From the human T2T-CHM13v2.0 reference genome, Homo sapiens, in contig CP086569.2 in NCBI GenBank assembly GCA_009914755.4, forward strand, positions 18,656,001 to 18,720,000: a DNA stretch of 64,000 bases. Reading direction: 5' to 3'. The notes beneath the pieces are model-generated. The model was given only the letters and a program-made list of their open reading frames with translations, was not told where the DNA came from and ran no database searches. Made by a program: the position numbers and the translations under genes. How positions within the stretch are numbered: the first letter of the stretch is position 1; each line of letters begins with the position of its first letter. Shown piece by piece: positions 44,545 through 59,839 of this stretch.

Positions 44545-44880
44545 ACCATATATCATGTTTCACAGCCCCAGGAGGAGGGAGGGCCAACAGTGGCACAAGA
44601 GTTGCTTCTTACAGTCTGTCACACATCCTGCTAAATTTAAGCTCTCCACGAATAAAAAGCCTTTCCATAGCCAGAGTTCAGCTTTAAGAAAAAGGCTAAC
44701 TACTGAACTTGGAGAAAAGACAAATCTGCATTTGATAACTGATTTAACAAATATAATGTGTGTGTAGAGGATACAAAATTACAGTTCCACTACTGGGATA
44801 GTTACTATTTGTGTTACTTTCTTCACCCTTGTGGAAAGTCTACTAGTTGAAGTTAAACCATTCCTTTTTCACACAAGACA
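44545..44880 (+). repeat. Copy 1 of a diverged direct repeat of about 320 bp (partner at 45425-45760)
   Basis: ...cacatcctgctaaatttaagctctccacgaataaaaagcctttccatagccagagttcagctttaagaaaaaggctaactactgaacttggagaaaagacaaatctgcatttgataactgatttaacaaatataatgtgtgtgtagaggatacaaaattacagttccac...cccttgtggaaagtctactagttgaagttaaacc. Confidence 0.7.
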
Positions 44881-45424
44881 CAAGCTAACCTTATCACTCT
44901 CAGAGGAAATACTAAGAAGGGTTGTACTTTGTCAGAGGGTAAATCAAGACATCTTTATTATGCCATGTGTTTACTTAGTGTCTCCTCTATTACTGAACAT
45001 TGTTTAGTGATTTGCTCTCAAGGATTTTTGTGTTTGTTTCAAAAAAAATCCTTGCTACAATGATCAGACTTGATAAAGCAAATTGTGGTCTCTTGTGGAT
45101 GTTCACATTCTGTGCAGTCGGTAACTATCTGATTCTAAGGAAGCTAACCGAAGCTTGGACTGAATGTGGATGAGACCCGCCACTGGGGAGTGATGGAGGT
45201 ATGAAAAGACATGCTGGATGAGGGGAGGTGGCTCTCATATAGGGAGCAGAGTTTTGAAAACTTACATCAAAACATTTCTCTTCCTGGCCCCACCCAATAT
45301 TGCCATCTGGAAACATTTGATAAAAATCACAATAGAAAATGGCAGGAGAACAAAGCAGGTGGTGAGCGTGGCAGCAGGATCAGTCAGAAGCAGCTGCAGA
45401 GCCACCCTGGACAGAAGAACCATA

Positions 45425-45760
45425 GATGATGCCCCACAGTTTGAAGGAAGTGTGGTTCCCAGTGGTACAGATGTTGCTCCATACAGTCTTTCATATATCC
45501 AGCTAGATGCAAGCAAAGAATGGAAAACTTTTCCATAGAGAGAGTTCAGTTTATAAAAAAAAGGCTAACTGCAGAAGTTGAAGAATAGAAAAATGTGCAT
45601 TTGATAACTTATGTAACAATTACAATGTGCAGAGTAGAAGATACAAAATTACAATTCCATTACAATTAAATAAATATTTCTGTTAACTTTCATCCTTGGG
45701 GAAAGTTTCCTAGTTGAAGATAAAACATTCCTACTGTTTCTTATCTTAGAACAAAACTAT
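45425..45760 (+). repeat. Copy 2 of the same direct repeat, about 70-75% identical and 880 bp downstream
   Basis: ...ccagctagatgcaagcaaagaatggaaaacttttccatagagagagttcagtttataaaaaaaaggctaactgcagaagttgaagaatagaaaaatgtgcatttgataacttatgtaacaattacaatgtgcagagtagaagatacaaaattacaattccat...ccttggggaaagtttcctagttgaagataaaac. Confidence 0.7.
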
Positions 45761-47718
45761 TTAGGTTTCTGTACAAACCTAAGTTTTCACTTCTATATTA
45801 AGACACCACCATGTAAATTTTATTGCAATAAACATGTCATGCTGAGTAGTAAATTTATAAGTAGAGAAATGCCCCAGTGTGTTACCGAGTGAAAGGTGGT
45901 GTCTGGACAGTCAGCGCTTTCTGGAACTCTGGACTGACAAGCAGGAAGTGTTGAAGTGACTGAAAAGTTAAAGATCACAAGTACAGCATGAAGAAGACAG
46001 AGATTGGCAGTATCTACATCCATGCCAAAGGAAGTATCCTAGGAAATTTCGGCTATAACAAGAGAATGAAACTCCATATGCACATTTCTTCTGGATCACT
46101 TTTGGAGCACTAAAGCAGATAACAAACTTAGTGCTAATGCACATGTGCTAAGGGGAGCCTGATTTTAAGACTGATTTAATTTCTTTCCTTTTATGTTAAA
46201 GAGCCTTCAGGGGAAATTGCCTACTAGATCCAAGCTTTGCCAGCTTATTTTTCCTCATGATCAGCTCCTATCTATCAGCTGACAGTCCTACCCATGTGCC
46301 CCAGTGCTCTCCTTCACCGCTTCACGCCTGAAATACTGTTCTCTGCAGGCAACATCGGAAGTCCCACTTAACGCTCCACTTTCCTTCCAGCTCCTTCAAA
46401 TAATTGGCCATACATGAAATTTGGCACTAAACTTTACTAATATACACACAGGATGTGGATTACTAGTTCCTACCTCATCTTCATTAGCCTGGAGGAAAGG
46501 TTATTTTTGGAGTGCCACTGTTGTGCAGCTGGGCCATGTCTTCCTGCTGTCACTCACCCCGCTGCTCTTGGTTGGATTTCATCATAATACTCAGGATTAT
46601 ATGCTCATTAAGGGAAGGAACAACCATAGTAAAAAATACTGAAATTACTCCCAGATTTCTAGATGGGTCTTACCTTTTTCTGCACCCATAGCTCTGGGAT
46701 TTAGTTTGTTTTAATATGAGGGCTGTATAACAGGTTAAGACATCATACTAGTTTGGACACTACCGATAGGGGAAATGGAACAAAAACAGCTGTGGTTGGC
46801 GGCACTTTAAAAATGAATATTAAACTACCACAATCTTGAACAAATATCTTTATTGTAAAAATCAAATAAGTGTGGTAAAAATGATGGTAGCTATTTCACA
46901 CAAGGACACAAGACAAAAGCTTAGAATTACTTGCTTAAAGTTAATTCAGAATGGAACAAAATTGTTCAAGTGCTTAGCATTAGAAAAGGTTTTATAACCT
47001 GCTTTTCAGTGGACATTACCTATTTTACAGTAAGATCTTAGTATGGGAACAAAGAGATGATTCCCAGCCTCCTGTGGTATATCATCTCAGCCTCCCAAAA
47101 TGCTGAGATTAGAGGCATGAGCCACCATGCCCAGGACAATTCCAAACTGTTTACAAAAGTTCTGTGACTTCCTCCACCTTGCCTTACCCACAAAACAAGC
47201 ATTACTAAGAATTCCAATATATAATACAAATAAAGCAACTGCCATGACCAAAGTACTACATTGATATGTGTATGCATCAATGGTCTGTTCAATTTTTTTA
47301 CTGCTCTAACAGAGAACTTTGATGCATCTAAAAGGATGAGTACAAATGTTAATGTAATCCTGGCTTTTCTTTGACAACTCTCCTAAAAACTGCCTTACAA
47401 CTTTTTGCAAGTGTAAGTATCAACGGTATACTCTCTGAAGGAAAGGAAATAATCAGCTGGACCACTATACCTAGCCACTGTCAGAAGCATATATGCAACA
47501 CTTAGCACTACACACGTGTTTCCTTGGCTTCTTGAGTACTGCTGTGTACACTGCCTATACATTTTTACAACATCTCTAAATGTATAAAAGAATTAATGTG
47601 AATGTATGTGCTATCGCATTTCATTTCCAACTGCAGAATATGTTAGTTTTAAATCTATCTACCACATCTTGACTCTGACATTTATTTTTGGATTGTTACA
47701 TTAAAATCAACTACATGG

Positions 47719-47995
<277 letters not shown>

Positions 47996-48531
47996 AACAA
48001 CAACAATAAAATCACAAATAAAAAAACAAACCAAATAAACAAGTGGCAACATTCTTCTTGAATGACTATTTGATCACAGAAAACTTAGTTCCTGCCAGGT
48101 CATGATCTCTATTAGTAGCACAGCAACTTATTTGAAAGTAGATGGAAACATTTCAGATTACATTTTTATTTACTTTTCTCTTATATAGGCTGCTTCCTTG
48201 CCCTCTTTAGGGTTCCCTAATAAAATCAACTTAGAGGGACACTTAGAGGGAAAAACATAAGTGTATGAACACTTAGAGGGAAAACATAAAACAATTTGCC
48301 TTCACAATATTCTACAAATAACTATTGTAAGTTGTTTTCTTAAATACCTATTCAACTGGCTGTGAAGACTTACTTGCTAAGGGAGTTGACAGAGATAGTT
48401 CTGATGAGAAAACGTGGTCTGAAAGGTAAGCTGTGCAGCCTAAGGGAGTTACTTCAAAAGGCCACTTTCCTGACAAAGATCAAATCTTTTTTTCTATCGT
48501 CAGATTTTTAAAATTATAGAACATGCCTTAC

Positions 48532-48615
48532 TTTTATATGTAAACCATAAACATCAGTAAAGAAGTGATTTATTCCATCTTCTTGCCTTATGCCATGAAG
48601 CATAATAAGTCTCAT
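48532..48615 (-). pseudogene. TRAPPC2P: TRAPPC2 (sedlin) pseudogene, exon 5 homologue; 28 codons [28 protein letters not shown], with the gtaagg donor intact and the acceptor AG lost (cat)
   Basis: Reverse complement of 48532-48615 is ATGAGACTTATTATGCTTCATGGCATAAGGCAAGAAGATGGAATAAATCACTTCTTTACTGATGTTTATGGTTTACATATAAAA followed by gtaagg. Human sedlin has [28 protein letters not shown] (23 of 28 identical). Lies within minus ORF 48514-48699. Confidence 0.88.
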
Positions 48616-49056
48616 ATGTGACATAATTAAGGCAACATTTTTCTTAGAAATAAAAAAAAGCAACAAGTTCATTGACACAATATTCCTCAAATTAGTCACC
48701 GGCCATGTATTTGGGATGGAAGATTTGAATGCATTAATTGGGTTTAAAATTAGCTTACTTTTACCAGAAAGAGAACATAAGCATTCTAAGTGAAAAAATA
48801 ACTACAAGATAAAGTAGCATCACCCTTGATATTTTTCAGATAAACTTTTTGGTGGGTGTGAGACTTAGTTTTAAAATTAGCTGTTCAACAAAATATTTTC
48901 TCCCCTAACAAAACAAAAGTAGTCCCATGAATGGAAACTTTTACATTCATACAAATTGTGAAGCATACAATCTCAGAGCCTGACATCTGTATTCCATCTT
49001 CTTCTAGTTCGTGAACCTGAACTTTAGTTAATTATCTTTACTAAAAAGGTAAAGTT

Positions 49057-49208
49057 ATGTCCTGCAGTAATGAATGCTGACACAAACCACTTGCTGGAGT
49101 TGCCCCCACTTTTCAAGAACATGTTGTTCAAAAGCCACATGTTCTCTTCTGTGAGGTCCAGAGCAGCATGAGCTATGAGCTGGTGCAGATGACGATAGTC
49201 ATAAGTGA
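49057..49208 (-). pseudogene. TRAPPC2P: TRAPPC2 pseudogene, exon 4 homologue; acceptor ..gcgcacacag| intact, no GT donor immediately downstream
   Basis: Reverse complement translates to [50 protein letters not shown]. Human sedlin has [49 protein letters not shown], same length and collinear. Intron 4 here is 441 bp. Confidence 0.88.
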
Positions 49209-50699
49209 CTGTGTGCGCAACAACAGATTAACTTACCCACATGGAATGAAGAATGCCAACATTTCATTCTGTAAATTCTATAGACGGTTTTCTTGTGCAG
49301 AAAAAGAAAAGCTTGACTTTGCTTTGTTTGCTATTGTCAAGAGACATACAAGAGATCTGTTTTCTCATTATATGTAATTCTTTCTTTTAAAATACAGATT
49401 TAAAATGACACCTCAGTTATGGGTTGAAGCGTATTCTCTCCAAAATTCCTTTGTTGATGTCCCAAGTGAACAGTACCACAGAATGTGTCTTCATTTGGAA
49501 GGAGAGGTTACATGTAGACATGGTTATTTCACATGAGGTCATTTTATAATAGGGTGGGCCCCTAATAAAACCACTCATGTATTTAGAAAAAAGGATCTTT
49601 TGGAGATACATGCAGGGAGAGAAATGACACAGGGACGCTGGAGTTACACTGCTGCAAGCCAGGGAACTTCCAGAAGCTGGGAGGTTAACCAAAAAGATTC
49701 TTACCTTAAGACCTGCATAAGAAGCATGGCACCACTGACACCTTGATTTTAGACAGTGGCTCTCAGAAATGAGGCAATAAATTTCTGCTGTCCAAAGCCA
49801 CTAAATTTTTGGTACTTTATTACAACAGCCACAGGAAACAGAGACAGCCTCCTTGTTGAGGAAGCTGTTCCCAATCCTGGGCTGGAGGAGGGTGACCCAT
49901 TGTCCCAAAATGTCTCCGACATCTAAAGCATGCTTTACTTCACTCATGTTGTCACGACAAACCTAAGTGAATCTTTAGATAAATGGATGCTTTTGTGTCT
50001 CAATCAAGCAGTAGTTTCTTTTACAATGATGATCAATCCTGAAAGATTAGGAGCAAATTGTGAAAATGCCTTAACAAGGGAATGGTAGCAGGAGAAAGAA
50101 TTATAATCAATGCATGCAACAAATTATTTTTATGTGTTCTCTTTTGTCCACCACCAGGCCAGTGGAGTGCACAGAAACTATATTCATGTAGCTGCATCCC
50201 AGAAAGCAATACTGCTACAAGTACTCAAAACAATTTTTAATTAGTATTTTTCCCATAATATGAGAAAATAATGTCACAACAACACCTGGCACATAATCCT
50301 GTCTATCATATTTTGGTGAGAAGTCCTGAATAGTTGAAAAGTATCACACATTAAACATTATACATTGCAAGCAACTTACAATATGAATTCCTCAAAAGTC
50401 AGTAAAGCTGACTTGGGTACTTGAGAGAAATAGTGCAAATGTGCCAGGAATGTATTAGGAACATAAATTGGAAAGGACGGGGCTCTTTTCATGACAAAAA
50501 TCTATAGGGCTATTTACTCTGAATGACAACATGTTCTCAAGCCAAGCCTGGTTTCTGGAAATATTCTTGACAAGAAAGTCAGGTGTCATCATCTCTGGTG
50601 TTGCTTTTGAGCTTCCTGTGCATGGCTAAGTGGTCACTGGGGAGGAAAGCATGCATGTATGACCAGCCAGGAAGTGCCACTAGGGGTCACTGGGGTCTT

Positions 50700-50819
50700 T
50701 TTAAATCCTGTAGGTCCTCATCAAAAACATGATTCACGGAAACTGTCTGAATTTTAATGGATGAAACCCAGTAGGTCTTGATGAAAAATGTGATTCATGA
50801 AAACTGCCTGAAAACTCAT
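50700..50819 (-). pseudogene. TRAPPC2P: TRAPPC2 pseudogene, degenerate exon 3 (start-codon exon) carrying a tandem duplication of about 55 bp and deletions; frame destroyed
   Basis: Reverse complement tatgagttttcaggcagttttcatgaatcacatttttcatcaagacc... encodes (M)..SGSF then a cat gaa..ttttt.a..ga block consistent with HHDNPVFEME codons. The same block recurs 57 bp later (gtgaatcatgtttttgatgaggacctacagg). The YFVIVG codons are missing. Confidence 0.45.
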
Positions 50820-51137
50820 AGATGACATTTCAAGGCTGCAACTTGCTACAGGTGAACTAGGCTTTTAAGTGCTCAAGTAGCAGCAATTCATGGTAGATGA
50901 CATAGTGAACTGAATATCATAGGCAAGTCAGAAGTCATGCTAGTCTGTGCTGAATTAAAGTATAAAAGAACAACTCCCAGGATATTCCTTGGCTGGCTTC
51001 TATCAGTCTCTGGGACTCCAGAGGAAGCCTCATTTAATTGTGTTGGATTTCATTAACCTCTTCTGTCCTGATCCTCCACTTCTAAAATCACACTACACTG
51101 TATTGTTACAATATAATAAAAATTCTTATGAAATTTA

Positions 51138-51299
<162 letters not shown>

Positions 51300-52003
51300 T
51301 CAATATTGAAATTCAAAGATGACTAAGGGAAGTGTAAAATTCTTGTTTTGTTTTGCTTTCTAACTTAAACTTGGAAGATGCCAGTAAGCTTGTCACCATT
51401 TCCCGTGTACTAGTGAAGATGCATGACTTCCGGAATAAACAAATGATAAAACTGTGATATTTCTTGTAGAATACTATGTATTTCTGTTAGAAACTAGAAG
51501 ACCTCTAACATAAAATCACAGATAACATTCTCATGATCTGCAAGTATGGCACATTCAGCTCAAAGGACCCTGAGTGTCTGGTGGAGTAATCTAGGCTTCA
51601 CTTGGTCTGGAGCAGTTAGCGCCAGCACTGACACTTAGAAGATTTAACAGAGGTAGACAGTAAGTTAAGAACCATAGACAGTGGTGAGAAGACCAAGGAA
51701 TTAATTAGCTTGCCTTAGAAATGTACATAAGATATCCATTGGGGGAAGCTAAAACCAAGTCTCCCTCATGTCACTTAGAAAAGAGAAGCAATGCAGCACT
51801 TTGTGCTCTATTTTTCTTCTTTCTACCTGAAGTATGTGTGCTATAAATATACGTCCTTGCAAATAAAAGAGACTACGATATGCCTCTTGACACAACAATT
51901 TATAAGAAAGGAAGTTTTGTATGCTATAAGACATGAAAGAAATATTCCATAAAGGAAGACATTTTGAGTTACTGAGAGATCTTACAACGAAGTTTAACAG
52001 ATT

Positions 52004-52320
52004 GGGGCAGGTGTAATGGCTTATGCCTGCAATGCCAGCACTTTAGAGGGCTGAGGCAGGCAGCCTGCTTCAGCCCGGGAGTTTGAGACCAGCCAAGGCA
52101 AACAGCATGGAAGAAGAAATACTTCTCTACAAAAAATACATCTCTACGGAAACACTAAAACTTTCTGGGCGTGGTGGTGTGTGCCTGTAGTTTCAGCTAC
52201 TTTGGAGGCTGACAGGAGAGAATTACCTGACACAGCAGTAAGCTGAAATATCCTGACTCGAAAACAAAACAGAACAAAACAAAACAAAACAACAACAACA
52301 ACAAAAAACAACAAAAAACT
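52004..52320 (+). mobile_element. Diverged Alu with an (AAAAC)n/(CAA)n tail
   Basis: ggggcaggtgtaatggcttatgcctgcaatgccagcactttagagggctgaggcaggcagcctgcttcagcccgggagtttgagaccagcc...ctgggcgtggtggtgtgtgcctgtagtttcagctactttggaggctgacagg then aaaacaaaacagaacaaaacaaaacaaaacaacaacaacaacaaaaaac. Confidence 0.8.
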
Positions 52321-53039
52321 TCAACAGATTCACAAAAGAAATGAACCTATGAGAAACTGGGGAAAAAACATGAGCAATGACATGGCTTCTGGCACAGATA
52401 ATTAAAATACAGATGAATGACTGATGGGTGGGAGCATAGATGGATATATGCAATGGTAACCCCACTGTGTGTGTTTTTAACACAAGGGATTTGAAATCAA
52501 ACGAAGCTAGGTTCCATCTAACTCTGCTACATACTTGCAATGTGACCAGAGGGAAACTTAATCTACTGTTGGTCGTCTCCTTTATATGGTAATTTTGTAT
52601 CACTTCATGGTAAAGTACCCAGCACAATGTCTGACGCACAGGACGTGCTTAATTAATATTATATAGAATAACATGGAAAGGCCAAATGCACACTGAGATG
52701 TGGGGGATTATAGCCTTGTCCACTTTCTCACTACCGTCTAAGCTGCTCTCACCCTTCAGTGGCAGAGTTAAGTATCTGCAACCAGGGTATCCCACAGAGC
52801 CAACAATATTCACTATCTGGTCTTCCAAAGACAACCTTTACTCCTGCTTTAGAAAAGAGGTGAAAAACAGATGAGATAGGAAAATTGGGTAACAAAGACA
52901 AGCAGGAATGATACAAAAGCCATGAAAACTGGCAATGATTCTCCAGAGAATGTGATGTGAGAAAGGATGGGCAGTAGAAAATTCAACAAAGTAAACAATG
53001 GTATCATGAATTATTGCTGGGCTAAATTTTAGAGCCAAA

Positions 53040-53200
53040 AGAAGCGGTTGTTACTTTCTTTAGTACAAACATTGAAGCAGCAGCAGCACCAAAAAAAGGC
53101 GGGGGCGGGAAATGTGTGTGTGTGATTTGGTGTGTGTGGTCTGCGTGTGGGTGTGTCAGTGTGTGTGTAAGGGAGATAACATGCATCCAATCCCCATATG
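53040..53200. repeat. GT-rich/(TG)n-like low-complexity tract preceded by (CAG)4 and a G-run
   Basis: gcagcagcagcaccaaaaaaaggcgggggcgggaaatgtgtgtgtgtgatttggtgtgtgtggtctgcgtgtgggtgtgtcagtgtgtgtgtaagg. Confidence 0.85.
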
Positions 53201-53559
53201 AAAAGCCACAAATGTTAGAGCAGCATGGTGCTAACTCAGCAGGAGCACGGACAGAAGAGAACGCAAAGAAAAACTGCATGAGGGTGCTGTTACCAACTAC
53301 ACAGGTGGGCAGAAGACAAGACAGAGTTTACTTTATATACATTCCATGCTTATTGTGAGTTGCTAATTTTGTTTTCCTTTTGTAAACAGCTGAAGATGCA
53401 AGAAGGCTGTAATTTTTCATTCAATTTTGGCAAAGAAAACCTGACAGGTGAAGTGGAAGAATTGGAAACCCTGGGAGAAAATGGCCCCATTGCCCCAGGA
53501 AGGGAAGGTAAGAGCTGCAATCACTTAGCAAACACTTGAGGGTATTGGGCAAAGGTGAG

Positions 53560-53760
53560 ACACACATTACTATTCTGCACTGTCCAATCTGTGGAACTTT
53601 CTCCACGGATGCAAATGTTTTACCTCTCTGCTGTCCAATATGAAAGCCAGTGAGTATTAGAAATATGGCTACTGTAATTATAGAATTGATTTTTAATTAA
53701 ACAAGAATAGCCTCATGTGGGTGGTGGCTATGTAATAGACAGCACAGGTCTAGATCAAAG
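53560..53760. mobile_element. MER20-like (hAT-Charlie) DNA-transposon relic
   Basis: ctgtccaatatgaaagccagtgagtattagaaatatggctactgtaattatagaattgatttttaattaaacaagaatagcctcatgtgggtggtggctat resembles the MER20 terminal consensus (ctgtccaatatggtagccactagccacatgtggctat...). From memory only. Confidence 0.4.
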
Positions 53761-54060
53761 ATTCCAAGCCAGTGGCATGATCTTGGCTCACTGCAAACTC
53801 CACCTCCCAGGTTCAGAAGATTTTCCTGCCTCAGCCTCCCGAGCAGCTGGCATTAAGGGTATGCACCATTATGCCAGGGTAAATTTTGTAATTTTAGTAG
53901 AGATAGGGTTTTGCCATATTGCCCAAGCTGGTCTTGAACTCCTGGCCTCAAGTGATCAGCAGACCTCAGCACTGCTGAGATTAGAGTCAGGAGATTGTAA
54001 AGTGCTGAGATTAGAGTCCCCAAAGTGCTGAGATTAGTCATGAGCCACCATGCCCAGCCT
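53760..54060 (-). mobile_element. Alu (antisense) carrying an internal threefold expansion of a roughly 27-bp unit (aaagtgctgagattagagtc...)
   Basis: ccagtggcatgatcttggctcactgcaaactccacctcccaggttcagaagattttcctgcctcagcctcccgagcagctggcatta...cactgctgagattagagtcaggagattgtaaagtgctgagattagagtccccaaagtgctgagattagtcatgagccaccatgcccagcc. Confidence 0.85.
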
Positions 54061-54867
54061 AATTTCAACTTTTTTATACAAAATTTCTGTGACATCCTCC
54101 ACCTTCCCTTCACCAACAAAACAAGTATTATTTACTATTCCAATATATAATGCAAATAAAGCAACTGGCATGACTGACATACCTGAATTGGCATGAATGG
54201 TCTGCTTGATTATTCCATTGCTTTAAATAGGGACCTTTGAAGAATCTCCAAGGAAAACTTGTCCTAGAGGCCCTGAGGAGGTAGCTACATAGACTCAGAC
54301 AATAGATTAAATTGGGAAACTGAGGACAAGAGGAGAATCTAGGATAGTTTCCAAATGTCTAGCTGAGGGGACAAAACAGAATATGACGTCATCTAAGATG
54401 CCCTCATCCAAATCTCTAAAACTTGTGAGTATGTGAGGGCTCATGGCAAAAAGAAATTACGGTTGTTCAGCAGCTGACCTTAAGATAGGAAGATTGCCCA
54501 GGATCATCCAGCTTGATCAATGCCATTACAATGGCCTTAAATGTAGACGATGGAAGCAAAAGAGGAAAGTCAGGGGGAAGTGACAGAAGAATGGAAAAGC
54601 AATGTGATGTAGATGGCTTAGAAAATGGAAGAAGGGGCTATAGCTAAGGAATGCAGGAGGCCCCTAGAAGCTAGAAAGTACAAGGAAGCAAATTATCCTC
54701 TAGAGCCTCCAAGAGGAGCACAGTTCTGCGCACACTTCGATCTTAGCCAAACAAGACCTGTATTGGACTCCTATATTACAGAAGTGTAAGATGATACACT
54801 TGTATTAAGCCACTAAATTTAAAATAATTTATTACGATGGCTATTGTTCCACCTCTGCTAGAGTTTT

Positions 54868-58393
<3,526 letters not shown>

Positions 58394-59124
58394 ATCACCT
58401 CTGCTAGAGTTTTGTCATTTACTTTTTATCCCCCCAAATCCACGTTGACTGTATCCACTTCAGAACTACTATTATTTCTGTCCTCATGCCTAGAATGTTC
58501 TCCCTGATTCTGCCTGCAACCGCTACCTATTTTTAAAAATCCAACTAAGTTCTCCCCCTCCTCGATTATTTCCCACAAAAACCTACACGTTCTCCACATC
58601 CTAAGAAGTCCTGTCACTCATATTGCCTCTTGAAGTGTTCGTTTTTCACAGCCAGTGATCAAAACTCATTGTGCACTTCCTCAATGCTGTGTACAAAGCT
58701 GACACTGATCAAATTTTGTCCTCACAGGACTTGGATACTTTATCAGGCTTATTTTCCCAACCTACAACTCTGGACTCGGGTAGATTCCTCACTGCTCCCA
58801 AGAAGGTCCTGGATTTTTGTTTGTTTGTTTGTTTGTTTTTATTCCTTTGCTCACTTTTCCCCTCCCTGCAGTGCTCTTCTTTTAGCCCCCCCACCTAAAT
58901 CCTATGCATCAAAGCCCTGAGGAGTTTACACTTTTTCTCAGAGATGATCTGGATCACTTCCATCTTCAACCACCTCTCCTTTAAACTCTTTACTCAGTTT
59001 ATAATATTACCTTAGCTCTTGTTCAATTCTCTGGCCGTAACTTTTTCATTATTGCTTCTGAGAGGTTTGGCTCATTTTCTTTTTAGTTACATGTAAGCAT
59101 TATGAGGTCAGTCTCACCTTTCCT

Positions 59125-59480
59125 CACAACACACAACGGTGGCTATTAAAAAAACATTTCACTCTGTGGATCTCAACCCTGAGCCATCTTGCTTCCAAGA
59201 GGACATCTGGCAATGTCTGGAGACATTTATGGTTGTCTCGCTTGGGGGAGAAGGTGCTATGGACAACATAGAGACCGAGGATACAGCTAAATCTACAATG
59301 CACAGGACAGCCTCCCAAAACAAAGAATCTGCTGGCTCCAAAAGGCAAAAGTGGCTCTATTATGAAACCCTGAGTCAGCTGAATGACCCTGTTAACTGTG
59401 AAAGCAAAGCCCCCAAGAGAGCAGACACTCGCAGGTGGAAGTGTGCTCAGTGCATGGATGAGCCTGTTGGGGCGTGGCAG
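59125..59480. mobile_element. Probable dispersed mammalian repeat (MER-class, likely a DNA-transposon relic); the 115-aa ORF 59139-59486 is not a gene
   Basis: ggtggctattaaaaaaacatttcactctgtggatctcaaccctgagccatcttgcttccaagaggacatctggcaatgtctggagacatttatggttgtc...ctacaatgcacaggacagcctcccaaaacaaagaatc...ctgagtcag matches a widely dispersed repeat I recall (ggacatttggcaatgtctggagacatttttggttgtcacaactggg...cctacaatgcacaggacagcccccacaacaaagaattatc). From memory, not verified. Confidence 0.4.
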
Positions 59481-59839
59481 ATCTGATCTGGCTACCCTAG
59501 GGAGGAGTGGAGGTACAGCACCAGCCTGTGCTGTCATGTAGGGCCAGCAATGTCCCACAGGGTCTCAAAATGCCTGTTTCGACTCACTCCATCCCCCTAC
59601 CTGCAGCCAGAGGTCAAGGAGGGAAAGGCATTCTCAGTCCCGCTGAGGAAACCTGCACTCCTGCGGCTTCAGCCCAGTTTGCGGGGGGCAGTTATTTGGA
59701 TACCCTGGATATGCTCTGGCGAGATGTGGGCGGAGCTTCTGTTGGGTGCTAGGCAACCAAGTGCATGCCATGTATCTTCAGAACAGGAAGACTGTACTTT
59801 GTAGGTCTCCAGGAGGGGCAGGATGGGATATGAGGGCTG

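Noticed and set aside
59139-59558. 115-aa plus-strand and 144-aa minus-strand ORFs near the pseudogene promoter, considered as TRAPPC2 5' exons or a novel gene.
   Set aside because: The sequence matches a dispersed mammalian repeat I recognise (ggacatctggcaatgtctggagacattt..ctacaatgcacaggacagcc), and the ORFs have no similarity to sedlin or other proteins. The family assignment is from memory and should be confirmed with RepeatMasker.
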